Shown: positions 47,647 to 60,259, counted from the first letter of the stretch. The stretch: DNA of 64,000 nt from Basidiobolus meristosporus CBS 931.73 (GCA_002104905.1 MCFE01000114.1:1-64000); one strand, 5' to 3'. Notes: generated by a model not told the origin, from the sequence alone. Numbers and translations are program-made.

Positions 47647-48732
47647 TCAACACAAAGTAAACGAGAAGTCCCAATATTCTATATGCTTCAACGGGTTATA
47701 CGAGTCTATCGAGAAGGAGCACAGCGGGTCCTCACGGACAGTCCCGTGGATCACATCGTTGCACTCGAACGTTGTGACCCCATCGTGTCCGATCCACACC
47801 TCGTGGGGGATGTGATGAAAGCCAAACAATCGCATCCCTCCATGGGGGACCGGGTCGTTGGCGTTGACTACGCGGAGCACCCTTGGGGTGAGTTCGCCAT
47901 CGGAGATTACCTCAAACATGAACTGGGCCATTGCTCGGTTTCCAACTCTGGGCGAGCCAAAGGTATGGAGGTAGAACTTGTCTTTGCGAAAATGCCGCAG
48001 CGCATCGCTGAGTTGAGGCACCTGTGTGTAGTTGTTCATCATAAGCTTGATGTCAAACCCGCCCAAGGTTGCCAACGCTGCCCCCTAATCAATGCGACAA
48101 GGTTACCCCACGTCAACGTCGCGAATGACCAGATGATGTTGGGCTTACCAGGGAAAGGCCAACCACCACAATCTCGTATTTCTCTGGCTCTCCATGATCG
48201 ATTGCAATGTTCAGAGCCTTCAGTAGATGCTTTCTGTAGCCAGGCTTCAGCCCCTCAAAGCTCTTCCAAAACCCCCCGTGGACCTTCATGCTAGCTTTGA
48301 TGCCGTTTTGGATGTAGGGTATCGGGATGAGGTCGAGGTCGTAAAGGATCCCTTGAAGATTTATGGTCCTAAAGACAAAGCGGTTAGCCACCTTGAAGCT
48401 CTGCCGCTCCTGGTTTCAACTAACCCTCTAAAGCCCAGAATGATCTTCTTCAGCTTCCGGTCCATGGCAACATATGACGAGCCACCTGTCATCAGATCCT
48501 TGTACTCCCCGATGAGTTCCCCATCACCAACGCAATGATAGCAACTCCAGTCAGCCACCTCGCTGCTTAAACAAGTAGCCACACCTGCATACTCTGCGTG
48601 CAAGCGCAGAACGTCGAACACGCCTTTATCGAGGTGAGGTCTATCTAAATCTTTCCAATTCTCCCCGCTTCCAATTGTTGCGCCGAGGTAAAGCAAAACA
48701 ACCAGTAGTACGTCGCAAAATTTCCCTCTCAT
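47647..48732 (-). CDS. Secreted class 3 lipase, 321 aa; exons 48732-48425, 48368-48149, 48084-47647
   Basis: Splicing yields IILGFRGT, VHGGFW, nucleophile GLSLGAA, TFGSPRVGN, RVVNANDPVP and HIEY; introns of 56 and 64 bp. Confidence 0.92.
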
Positions 48733-49577
48733 TGAGGCTTACTAGGCAGTGTAATTTACCTAGGTACTAGATATAGTGGGGCGGGCAGAAGTTCCAATAC
48801 ATCGTGTTGACGCACTGTTTCATCGGAGTCCTTGAAGTCATGAAGGCACAGGCATCGGCGGTTATTTGAATGGTGGTGTGGTTTGAAGATTGTTTAGTTT
48901 ACGGGAAAATGTCTATCTAGTATTTATCTGGATTAAGCGGCTGATGACCATGTATCTGGATTGGAGGTGGTGATCATTGTTGCTAGTTACAAACAGACGT
49001 CTCTTTTGAAACATTGTATCTGACTGTGACTTCGGTAACACACTCCACTCCAAACACGTGTTGACCAAACCATTACCCTCTTCTGGGCCATGCAGCTAAG
49101 CTTGCCCCTTGCTTACGACACGTGCGCGTACCGAATAACCAATGCACTGTGTAACAAGGACGACGGAAGCCACTTGCTTTGCACAGGATGGAAGCGTCCA
49201 CGCTGAAGGTGAAGCACCAATGCATAGAGAATTCTCCAAATTACGAATCTAACAAATGACCACAAACGAATGACTGTTGTACGGCATTCAATTCCAATTT
49301 AATCTATTCAAATATAACAATTATTAATGGGAGCTGGTTATCTGTCGAATTCCAACTAATCATTGAGTGTTGGATGCATCAGGTTTAATCTCCCTTGATC
49401 GGACCATATCAAGCAATAATAGCTTTCTTCAGCTCCTTAACTTCCTTCCTCTGCTGTACTTTTGGATTTTCGCACTTATCCTTGCGCTCGCCGTTGAGCT
49501 TTTTTGAATTACGCCAGTTTTAGTTTTGCCTCTGAACCACGCCCTTTTGTATTCCACCCGTTCCCGAAACCCCCGTC

Positions 49578-50477
49578 ATGGCTGCCAAAGTCCATAGAGA
49601 ATATAAGCTAGTTGTAGTCGGTGGTGGTGGTTAGTAATGCGGAAGCCTCTGTCATAGCCTGGCTACGCGCTCTTTACTGACTCTTTTCTACTTTCGAACA
49701 CGCCTAGGTGTTGGTAAATCCGCCCTCACGATACAATTTATCCAGTCTCACTTTGTAGACGAATATGATCCCACTATCGAAGGTGAGCGTTGTTGGAGTC
49801 TGGTAGATCCGGCGGAGACGCTAACCGCCTGGTTGAATGTTTAGATTCTTACCGTAAGCAATGCGTGATTGACGACGAGATTTCCATGCTGGATGTTCTG
49901 GATACTGCCGGTCAAGAAGAATACAAGTAAGTCCTTACCCACACCTCGGCAACGCCTGGATCTTCAGATAGTAATCAGTTTCTAGCGCCATGAGAGAGCA
50001 ATATATGCGTACAGGCGAGGGCTTTCTCCTTGTGTACAGTATCACTTCCAGGCACTCCTTTGAGGAGATCAGCACTTTCCAGCAGCAGATTTTACGCGTG
50101 AACGATGTCGATTATTTCCCTATTATCATTGTTGCGAACAAATGCGATTTAGAAAGTGAACGACAAGTATCCTCGCAAGGTTGGTTTCATCCACAATGGA
50201 GACCATTATCCCCCCTCCCCCCCCTTCACGCGCACAACTAACCTACCTCTTGATTACTATAGAGGGAAAAGACCTCGCTCGACAATTCAACTGTCCCTTC
50301 ATTGAGACATCCGCCAAGCAACGGATCAATGTTGACGAGGCTTTTTACAATATTGTCCGAGAAATCCGAAAGTTCAACCGCGATTCACAAAACGGGAACG
50401 GCATGAACGGTGGCCACCACAATAGCCACGGCGGTGAAGAATCGGGCAGTAGCGGGTGTTGCTGTATTGTGATGTAA
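49578..50477 (+). CDS. ras1: Ras GTPase; exons 49578-49629, 49708-49782, 49845-49926, 49986-50179, 50263-50477
   Basis: [34 protein letters not shown] and CAAX CIVM; four GT-AG introns all join in frame. Confidence 0.96.
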
Positions 50478-51080
50478 TGGACATGGCAAGATTGATGTAA
50501 CGCTGGATGGTTCCGTATTTTATTTAGTGTTGGAGTAGACTCGATCAAAGATCCCGGCAACCACTCCCCGGCCCAACTTAACCCAGCCTCACCACCTAGA
50601 AAAGATTAAATAGTTTCTGTAGATTTGTTCACTTTACCTTTGACTGATTTCCTTTCCTCAAACACCACTTGTTGGGATATCGCCGCCCACTTCACCAAGT
50701 TGGGTGGTTTCTGTGAATTAGACTTTGCGAACATATTCATCTCATATCTGTTGCGCCCCGCTGTGGGATTTTTTATTAACTTCTTACCAAGTAAATACAT
50801 CCACACGCAATTGCCAGATGCGCCTCATTATGCAGAAATACTACCCATCACAACACGCCGTTGTTGACCGCCCATGCGAGGCCATGCACGATTGTTGATG
50901 GTTATGGGCAGAGCAATGGGAGATGGAATGGAGAATTCCTTGGTAATCAACTTTTATTCTACTGTTTGGTATGTGGATGTTAGATTACGCGTGAGTAGCA
51001 GGGGAACTGGTTGTGTACATATGATATTGGATGGGAACAAAAGGATTGATGCAGATTATATGTATGAGGATGGGACTCGC

Positions 51081-51404
51081 TTAGGCAGTAGATTCCTTGA
51101 GGTAGGCGACGCAGTCAGCACGATCCTTAGGCTTCTTGAAACCAGCGAAGGCCATCTTGGTACCAGGGATGTACTTCTTGGGGTTCTCGAGGTAGTCGAA
51201 CAAAGTTTCCTCATCCCAGACAACAGCCTTGTTGATGTTGGCAGCGGTGAAGGTGAATCCAGGGGTGGTACCGGATTTACGTCCGAAGAGACCGTGAAGG
51301 TTAGGACCGACCTTGTGGGCACCACCTTCCTCAACGGTGTGGCATTGGGCACAACGGGTCTTGAAGAGCTTAGCTCCGGCAGTAGCGTCACCAGTGGGGG
51401 CCAT
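51081..51404 (-). CDS. CYC1: Cytochrome c
   Basis: CAQCH heme motif, [22 protein letters not shown]. Confidence 0.97.
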   Translation of the reverse strand: MAPTGDATAGAKLFKTRCAQCHTVEEGGAHKVGPNLHGLFGRKSGTTPGFTFTAANINKAVVWDEETLFDYLENPKKYIPGTKMAFAGFKKPKDRADCVAYLKESTA

Positions 51405-52199
51405 GTTTGAGTGTTAGTAGTAGTAAGAAAGGATTAACTGACTTGACTGGATGCTCCCCCGCATAATTAGAATATATACCTGAGGAAGCCCCCCATGGGA
51501 TACCCCATATTTTTCTCTTGCCTCCTGGATATGGAAGGACTCAAATTTTTCTTGAGCGCAGCTCTCATCCACCTGCATGCAAGATACGTATTTTCACGCG
51601 TCCATCCACTCGGAAAGGTAGATGGATATATTTGGGGTGCTTCCCGGCCAATCACCAGGCAGCTTTGCTCAACCTGGATTGATTTGTGACCAGAAAAGCA
51701 TGGAATGTCAAAATGGAAGTGTGTGCCACCCCAATTCCGTCGAGCTGAAAATTTTTCCTCTTCGAAGATTCACCAGCTTAGTCCCCTCCAACCCTAGCCC
51801 AGGCCCCGCCTAAGCGCTGATGTAAACAACTTACGAGTTTTGCCTAACTCCGTGCTTACCTAATTCCCTTGCTCAAAAATCCCTTTGCTGTAGGGGAGCT
51901 GGGTGAGTACATATACGGGCCCGATGTAGCCGCGCACCGATGGGTGTTGATGAAGCCCCTACAAGAGCAGCACAATGCACTTGGTTCCAATTTTGATTGC
52001 ACATCTGAGAAGCCCTCTTTGGCCGATCCCTATCTAAGTGCTGACAGCACAAGCTGACTTCCTTGATATGCTATCTGATGAACTCTCCTGCATATATGTA
52101 TGTTGAGGGAAGGAAATAAATAGACGCGGTCGAGGCACATGTTCCAACCATCTTTATTCCCACTTCTTCTCATAGATCGTTACAGTATAATAGATCAAC

Positions 52200-53279
52200 A
52201 TGAATATATCCACATTAGCCCAAAGATTTTTAATCCTCACCACCCTCCTTGCAACGTTGGTGCACGCACAAGATATCGGTGAAGGGATTGTCCTGAGCTG
52301 TGAAAAGCCGGGCGTGTTTGCTCTGACATTTGATGATGGTAAGCCAGTAGTCTGATTTGTGGGATGAGCCTTGACTGACATCTTCCATATCAGGACCTAG
52401 CCAATTTACTCCTGCACTGTTGAAAACCCTAAAAGAGAAACAAGTCACAGCTACTTTCTTTGTCTTGGGCGTGAACGTGAACGAGCCCTCCACCTCTGGC
52501 TTTCTCAAGCAAGCCTACGATGATGGCCACCAGATAGCCCTACATACCAACACCCATCCACACCTCAATAACATGACTGATGCCCAAATCAGAGAGGAGA
52601 TGACTCTTGTGGAGCAGGCAGTCCATAACGTGATTAAAGTGACTCCCAACTATATGAGGTAGGTTCCGGACTGCTCATTGGCGGGGATTACAGACGCTAA
52701 TTAACCATAATTAGGCCTCCCTATGGCGAGTGTAACGACAGCACCCGGTCAACCCTGGTGCAAATGAATTACACCATCATCAACTGGAACGTCGACTCCA
52801 ATGGTAAGCAATCACACTCCCATCTTATCGCGGCACCTAATATTCATCCGATCCTGAACCAAGATTGGCGTTACCACGGAGATCCATCGAAGTACGAGTT
52901 GGTCTACACGAACATCGAGCAGGAGCTGAACCGTGGCACCCCCACCAGCAGCTTCATCTCTCTGCAACATGACATTGAAGATTTCAGCGTAAGCATGACC
53001 GACAGGATCATTGACTTGATCCGCGGCAAGAACTACACGCTGGAGACGGTGGCTGATTGCCTAGGGAACCGGATTCCTATGTACCGAGACGCCCCAAACA
53101 ACAACAAAAAGGCCAATTCCACCCTGCCAACCACCAGCGCCTCCAGCTCCTTGGCCACCACCCCCACCGCCAGTGTTTCCGCTCCTACGGCAAGCAGGGT
53201 GTCTTCTGGCGCCAGCCGCACGCTAACAGCCGGTTGGTTCGTAGCACTTGTAGGCGGATTTACCTATGTCACGCTCTAA
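52200..53279 (+). CDS. Chitin deacetylase (CE4/NodB), secreted, Ser/Thr tail and probable GPI signal; exons 52200-52338, 52394-52658, 52715-52803, 52864-53279
   Basis: TFDDGP, HTNTHP, RPPYG, DSNDW and LQHD motifs restored by three GT-AG introns. Confidence 0.93.
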
Positions 53280-53882
53280 GCGGACCGGTTCATACCCCCG
53301 GTCAAAAAAGCACTGTGCGCCCTACTTCATACCAGTCATAGTAATAAACACTTCCACCCACTTCCACCCACGAGGTCTAGATCCATCCAAAGCGGAGCTA
53401 AGCCATGGCCCGCTCGGGAAATCTTCCAGTCGAGTCACACCTCCTTGGATTTGAATCCGACATGATACCGTTTTACTTGACTCGCCGTGTTGTGTTCTTC
53501 GTCGCCACCGGCCAGATGGATGCCAGGGAAGGCCTAGAGGGATCGATGGGTTTCATCACTCGACTCCCCCTGATACGAGGTGGGATTTGCGCCATACGCA
53601 CGCAAGCAAACAAACCCATCTTGAGACCATGTCAGGGATGGTTCCGGTTTCCCTGGGTCTAGACCCGATGGACGGAGCATTTCCCAAATTTCATACGTCA
53701 TCCGAATTAATGAAGATCCTTGGATGATTCATATTTATTTTGGGTGAAATGAGGGGGGGGGGATAATTACATACGAGACGCCCGTCGGACGTAGATGATG
53801 GGTTTCGCGCGAAAGGAGGAGTCACCGAGGAGAAAATTTCCACTCCGCACGACCACATCACATTGCACCGCATCGAACACCG

Positions 53883-54428
53883 TCAGACCAGCGTGCCACG
53901 ATTCTTCTCGAACGCCATCGCGGTGGAGAACTTCAGATACATGAAGCTTATCTTTCGAACCCGATAGTTCATGGTCTCGTACAATGCCAGCTGGCGGCGG
54001 AAGTTCTGATTGGGACACACGCATTTGCGACACTGGCGAATCCTCTCCAGTGCGTACTCGAAACGGAGCTGGTAGCGACGCATCAGATACGCCACCGCGA
54101 ACGCCGCGCTGCTGGAGATCCCCATGGAGCAGTGGAGGAGGACTGTGTTGTAGGGGGATTGGTCCAGCGCCCCACTGATAAACTCGTAGGCCTGATCAAA
54201 GTATTGCAGTATGTTTTCCTCGTCTCTGTCCAGCACCGGGATCGTCTCGTATACAAATTTGTAGGGGAAGGCTGGGGCCAGGTTCTTCCCCACCACCAAG
54301 ATATGGGTGATCTTCTGCTGCTCGAGGAACTCCACCGACCCGGCCGCTTGTCGAGTGCCGAGCCAAAGGCGGGTCGATACGTAAGATGCCAGTCGAGAGA
54401 TGTCCACATTGCCTTCCAAGGGGATCAT
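53883..54428 (-). CDS. Atypical dual-specificity phosphatase (DSPc) with P-loop HCSMGISSS; start uncertain
   Basis: LWLG...ITHILVV, VLD general-acid loop, VLLHC, AYLM, IRQCR..VCPNQNFRRQL. Confidence 0.85.
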   Translation of the reverse strand: MIPLEGNVDISRLASYVSTRLWLGTRQAAGSVEFLEQQKITHILVVGKNLAPAFPYKFVYETIPVLDRDEENILQYFDQAYEFISGALDQSPYNTVLLHCSMGISSSAAFAVAYLMRRYQLRFEYALERIRQCRKCVCPNQNFRRQLALYETMNYRVRKISFMYLKFSTAMAFEKNRGTLV

Positions 54429-54954
54429 TGCCAATACTGAAGACTTGTCTGACGGATGGGATGCCGCCAAGGACAATAAATAGTTTAGGAGAAGGCTGTG
54501 TAGAAAATCGACGCCAATTTAACTTGATTTAGGCCCCGTCTAATTGGAATCTCATCTTATTCAAGTTTCGCTAGCTTCCCGGCTGACCCCTTGGAAGACG
54601 AACCTCTTTCGTGAGCGTGTTTCCCCAAGGGTCATGGGGGTTGGCTGAGTGGTGGTGGATGTGTCGCTGGGACGGGCGGCCATTGGGCGGTCCACTGAAA
54701 TGGCGGGAACAGGAATGTGCCAGTTCAAGGGAGAAGCGGGAGTATTTCACAAGATAAATGGACAAATGAATCGGGCTGAAATAATGATGGATTCGCTTGG
54801 AATAGCTAAATCGCGATTCATCCACTGACAAGGGGCATCGCTTCATTCGTCCTCCTTTTTCATCCCGATCTGAGACAGGTTGTCTGGCGAGGGTGGGTAT
54901 AAAGGTTGGGTGAAGGCCATCCTGAAGCGAGACGAACCTTTCTTCCTGTTCACC

Positions 54955-55299
54955 ATGCTTCTAATACGGTCGCAACGCTACGCCAAGAGCCACCCCAAAC
55001 CGCTCGGTACATGCACCTACTGTCATCGGGGCCATTCGACTGATCAGTGTGCAGATGCTACTGCCGAGCTGCAGATGTACGTCGCCTCTTCCTCTCGACA
55101 CTCCCTTTACAATCAATGCGTGATGATCGACCATGGCCTGGAGGAGCATCTGGAATTCGCCCGGATCTGTGGTATGGTGGAGCGACTGAGCGCGCGACGA
55201 CTTTCCTCCCAGGTTTGTACGGGGTCTCGTAGAGTGCACCGATTTGCCCTGGACTCACCCTTCTTTTGCTGTCAGGATTACATCCCGTCGAAACGGTGA
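54955..55299 (+). CDS. Hypothetical small protein with a CX2CX3HX4C zinc-knuckle-like motif; possible 63-bp intron 55213-55275
   Basis: TATAAA near 54897, CACCATG at 54955, CTYCHRGHSTDQC, GT..CTCAC..AG intron-like segment. Confidence 0.3.
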   Translation: MLLIRSQRYAKSHPKPLGTCTYCHRGHSTDQCADATAELQMYVASSSRHSLYNQCVMIDHGLEEHLEFARICGMVERLSARRLSSQVCTGSRRVHRFALDSPFFCCQDYIPSKR

Positions 55300-58200
55300 T
55301 CCGGCGGAAATCCGGTCTTGGCAGACATCTGCGGGATGGATTATTTATTGGATACCCATCGTTACTAGGAGACTGTAAATATAAACCACACTCATTCACC
55401 GACGATGTTTCTCTCATACTCCCCCATGACCATGTATGTGTACATGTCTGTGACGACGAAATGTCTTCTCTTAATACACCCGTTTTTAATCCATACTCGA
55501 GATCGGCTTGCACCGAAGATGATTCATCAGCTAACTGTCATCATTACCAACGTACCAGCTACCGAGTCCGTCATACTTGCAGGTTGTACAATACATGTCA
55601 ACCTCCCCCGCCCTTTGGGTTCTTCCCTGCGTCGTGAGCCTTGGCACCATGTAGAGTGGCCACTAGGGGGTAGCCAATATTTCAACCCCTTCGTAGTTGA
55701 GGTGGCTTTTGGGTACTTCCTGAGGAAGGGCTTGGCCAGATTGACCAGGTGCTTCCTACTCGGGGAATAACATGCATCTAGCCTCTTTTGTCTTGACATT
55801 TGCACCATAAATGTGAATGATGTTGTGTGGATGGGTGGGCCTCCCCATCCCGGATATATATAGATGTGCAGGGTGATATGGGAGGGAGTGGTGGTGTACT
55901 ACTATGCAACTGTGGGCAAGACATTCTATTGAAATTGGCCAGCGACAATAGGCAGTCACTGTTATGGGCTTCCTTGAATTCCCAGAGAGTGGCCACGACC
56001 GGTTGGGCAGAAGTAGCTAGTGTAGAAAACCATCCGATGGGATCAATCCCCCCGATTGGTAGTGAGTCATAAGCGAACAGGTTTTGCCACTTGATAATCG
56101 CCTGTATTCATCTGGCGGTGAAGTGGGAACTTCCTGGTGTCAGCCGTCTGTTGGCAGACGGCGGTTTATCATGCAAGGGAAGAAACGGGAACGCGGCCGC
56201 CCTGTAGCTGAATCCAATATCAGAAGGGCTTCGTGGACCGATGCAGGTTTTCGTGAGGGGAATTTGGATATCTCTCCATCGCCACCAAGTGAACGTAACC
56301 TGAGTGTCACTGTTCATCACCGATATGGAATTCTCTCGAGAGTTCAGAAATTGGCCCGGAAATCGATCCACCGTTTGGTCGTGCCTTGATACGCTGTGCT
56401 GTTGGTGCAGATTGAGGTCGAAGCCAACCGAAGTCTACACCAAATATGCTTCCCTTGGTGGCACCTAGTAATGTATGACCATCCGCACATTTCGATGGGC
56501 AGGATCATTCGGCGGTGATGATGGCGCCACTAGAACCCTCGACGGCTATGGTCCGGCTCTTCTCGCAGTGGCCAGAAATGCTACCCCACCAATGCTCTCT
56601 CGGCGACGCGGTCCCGCTGAAACCCCTCCCGGATATGGACTCGAAGGGGTGGCTCGTGTGGTTCTAAAACAAACGGTTGGTAAATTTATTCCCCAATGGT
56701 CAAGAATGGTTGCCCAAGTATGCAGTGTTCTAGCGGCTTCTGACACCATGCAGAGGCGCACTGTCGTGTAGTCGACTCGCGAGATATGACTGTGGTGGGT
56801 GACCGGTTTCATGATGGTTCTACTTGGTGTCCAACCTAGCTTAACCATACCCAGCCCAGCCATCTGCTCACTGTCTTGTTTGGGATCCAGCCGGGATGTT
56901 TGACTTGGATTCAACGGATCCCACCGACGTGACCCTTTCTTCGCGAGATGAAATGTTCTCGATCACCCGTGTCATACGTGGATGTGGGATGCTTCTCCAT
57001 CGGTAAAGCTGCGGGCAACACCAGCCTTTATTGACTCACCATTCCTTCCGGGGTTCGGATTCTCTGGCCGGTGACAATTGAGTGATCCTAAGCCCAGCGG
57101 ACTGATACAACGGTTTCTCCGGGCGGAAAGGTGGGCTGCGAACAATGAGCCTCTTCGGTGGGACGAAATACATTCCGAAATCCCCCCCCACCCCGCCATA
57201 TCCCCGCCAATCTTATACGGTCCCAGGAACGAAATGAAATGTAATATCGCCAGAGGCTAATCTGGACCAGGAGCGGGATTGGGTCATTCGGAGATGAATT
57301 TGGGCGGGGGGGGGTAGAGCAGCTGCCGAAGTTAAGGACCCCGTTATCGTCGAAAAGCCCCTTCCAACTCTCCCAGTGGATCGGTTTCATCAAGCAGCGT
57401 GACAGGTATACACAGTTGGGCCCATAGGTTAACTACCAAATGCAAGGTCCATTCTGCCCATTTGGGAAACCTATCGGCTTCATATCCACCTCAACTTTTC
57501 CCTAAACCGTACATATCGGTTTCGGACCGAGTTATGAGCAATCAAGTTCGCCCATTTCCCAATCGGGCGCTCAATACTTCACCCATCGCAGTCCGGTTCC
57601 ATCCCTGAATGACTTGAATCACGGCCTCACCACAAGCGTCATCTGATGCCTTGGCCGTCAATACTCTTCATCGCTCCTCATCATCCGTTTACCTTCAATT
57701 CCTGGTCGCCATCGATTTGGAAATTCATTTCATGCTATGTCGTGATTATCGAAACCTGCGTGGATGTTGGTGAAGTGGATTGGTTGCAAGCTACACATAA
57801 CAAAGTCCGTAGGAACAGGGTGTGTATCCAGTAGCAGCTTCTCTGTGAACTCGTCTCCCATTGTCTTTGGATGCCCAACTTTGCGCGTGGCCTCACTTAA
57901 AAAATAACTGCAGATCAGGTTCAATACTCTTCTGTAGCATCAGTATATCCCCGTAACTGTGGTGATATAATCCATTGGGATTATGAATAAAGAAGATGTA
58001 TTAGTGTGGTGAAGCCTTCATATGGGACAGTGTGTACAATCCCCACATTACTTTGATATTTTGGTTGGGGCATATTGGTGAGTGTTTGTTTTCTTATCGC
58101 CACACTTGCCATACCTTATGGCTAGCCTGAACAGCCTGTTAGATGTGGTTTTTGGAAAGATCATATCCAAAGAAAATTGGAGATAGGTTTATTCCACCTG

Positions 58201-58468
58201 ATTGGATGTGGATGCTGATTGTGTCAAATACTTTGTCACTCAATATGAGGCAAAGAATGCACAAGTTGGGGCTGTTGGCTGCAGTAAACATAAAGCCCAA
58301 CAATGGAGATGGCCCCATGGATTGTACCACCTGGAATCCAAGGATCAAGTTGAGATGTTACACTGTTGTTAACATCCTGTTTACACCTAAACAATTCATT
58401 GAACATAAGAGTTTTTAAGCTTATTACCAAGTTATGAGTCATTTACTTAGGGAATAAGATGTACAATA

Positions 58469-58799
58469 TGTTGTAAAAATTTGTAATTCCACCTAAATAT
58501 TCACCTAACTTAGTCACTTAGATCATTACCTTCAAATCCTAGGGAATACTGACCCAATTCCTTGTTGGGATTTACTTAGAATACTCTCATGTTCTGGGTA
58601 AATATTCTAAGTTGTCCAAACAGACCCAAATGTTTCACACATGCTCTTGGGACCTTCCTTGACCTATTCTACAAGTTTGTAATGCCAAGACCATGTAAAT
58701 GTATAATACTACTTTTACATTCAATAAATTATTAAGTGAAAACCACATAATCTACTTGTTCTCCCAATCACTTTCAATATCTCCAAGACTCTTACAACA
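58469..58799 (+). mobile_element. Solo LTR of the same Copia family, inverted relative to the other copies
   Basis: TGTTGTAA...TTACAACA; reverse complement of 60260-60608 over most of its length; flanks CAATA/CACTA (4 of 5 match, decayed TSD). Confidence 0.8.
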
Positions 58800-59313
58800 C
58801 ACTATTGGCTGATCCTTGAAATTAGTGAAGGCCTGGACATTGTTCACATTATCAAACTCTCCAAAATGCCCTCAAACTCCACCCAGCTTCCTGGAGCCTC
58901 TCTCACAGCTTTATACTCACTAACTCTACAAAGTTGCACCACAGGTATAGATGTCTCATTGAACTCAACAAAGCTACAAGTGAATATTATGCCAATCCCT
59001 AAGCAATGATGGCTAGTGTTTTCAAGTGCAGACATTAATATATGCTCTGTCATGCCAGCTATTTCCTGGTGTTGCAATAGGCAGCATGCCAGATCCATCC
59101 AGCAATCAGTGCAGATGGCTTTCCAGGTTGGACCACATTTTTGGCCTGAGCATTGTTGAGACTTCTATCAGATTTCTGCTTAGATACTACAAGATTGCTA
59201 GCAGAATCATGCTGATGAGAGTCAGTTGCCGGCAGGATTTTCTGGTGGGGCATTTATTCAATGAGAATGCATCTGGTACCAAAAAAAAGACTTGGTCACA
59301 TATTTCTTCAAGA

Positions 59314-59662
59314 TGTTGTAAGAGTCTTGGAGATATTGGAAGTGATTTGGAGAACAAGCAAATTATGCGGTTTTCACCTAATGATTTATTGGGTGTAAAG
59401 TAGTATTTATACTTTAGCATGGTTTTGTCATAACAAACATGTAGAATAGGTTTGGGCAGGTCCCAAGAGCATGTGTACAAAGCTTGGGGCTGTTTCAACA
59501 ACTTGTCTAATTTTCATGTTCTGGGTACCTGATATTTTGGCAAAAATATTCTAAGTAAATCCCCACAAGGAATTTGTTCAACATTCTCTAGGATTTGAAG
59601 GTAATGACCTAAGTGACTAAGTTTGATGAGTGTTTAGGCAAGATTACAAATTTTTACAACAC
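59314..59662 (-). mobile_element. Copia 3' LTR (349 bp)
   Basis: On the minus strand it begins TGTTGTAA immediately after the polypurine tract GAGTGGGAG (59663-59671), which follows the RNase H stop. Confidence 0.85.
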
Positions 59663-59672
59663 TCCCACTCAG

Positions 59673-60180
59673 CTAAATGCTCATACTGACTAGTCCTAAT
59701 TTTGACCTAAGATATTTAAACTTGTCTCTAATGTATGGTTTGGTAAATATGTCTGCAATTGTTTCATCTGTAGGACAGTAAGCTAAGTTAGCTAAGTTAT
59801 TTTCTATAGCTTCACATATGAAATGGTGACTAATATCTATGTGCTTAGTTCTAGCATGAAAAGTCGGATTTCTACCTAATTGTATACATCCTTGATTATC
59901 TTGAAATACAGTAATTGGCATTTTTTGACATAAGCCTAAATCTGTAAAAAGCTTCCTTAACCACATTGCTTCTTTTGTAGCTGCACAGGCTGCCATATAC
60001 TCTGCCTCTGTGGTAGAAAGTGCTAAGGTTGCTTGCTTTCTTGAGTTCCATGAAATTGCTCCTTTACAATAACAAAAGGTGTATCCTGTGGTGGATCTTC
60101 TATATTACAAATTTTGTCCCCAATCAGCATCAGAGTATCCCACAAGATCTTGATCTGAATCCTTATAGGTGTACCTTACA
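59673..60180 (-). mobile_element. Ty1/Copia RNase H remnant with an in-frame stop
   Basis: GYSDADWGQNL*YRRSTTGYTF..AISWNSRKQATLALSTTEAEYMA..DNQG..HARTKHID..IADIFTKP. Confidence 0.92.
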
Positions 60181-60259
60181 CAGATATCAGGTGAGACATT
60201 TATTCAATGAGCATGTATCAGGTACCAAGGAAGAAACTTGGTTGCACATACTTTCAAGA

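Noticed and set aside
50874-51410. 178-aa plus-strand ORF
   Set aside because: Antisense shadow of cytochrome c.
56468-56492. NVRMVIHY on the minus strand, resembling a RecQ helicase C-terminal motif
   Set aside because: Flanked by stops, with no GRAGR or other helicase motifs nearby; probably chance.
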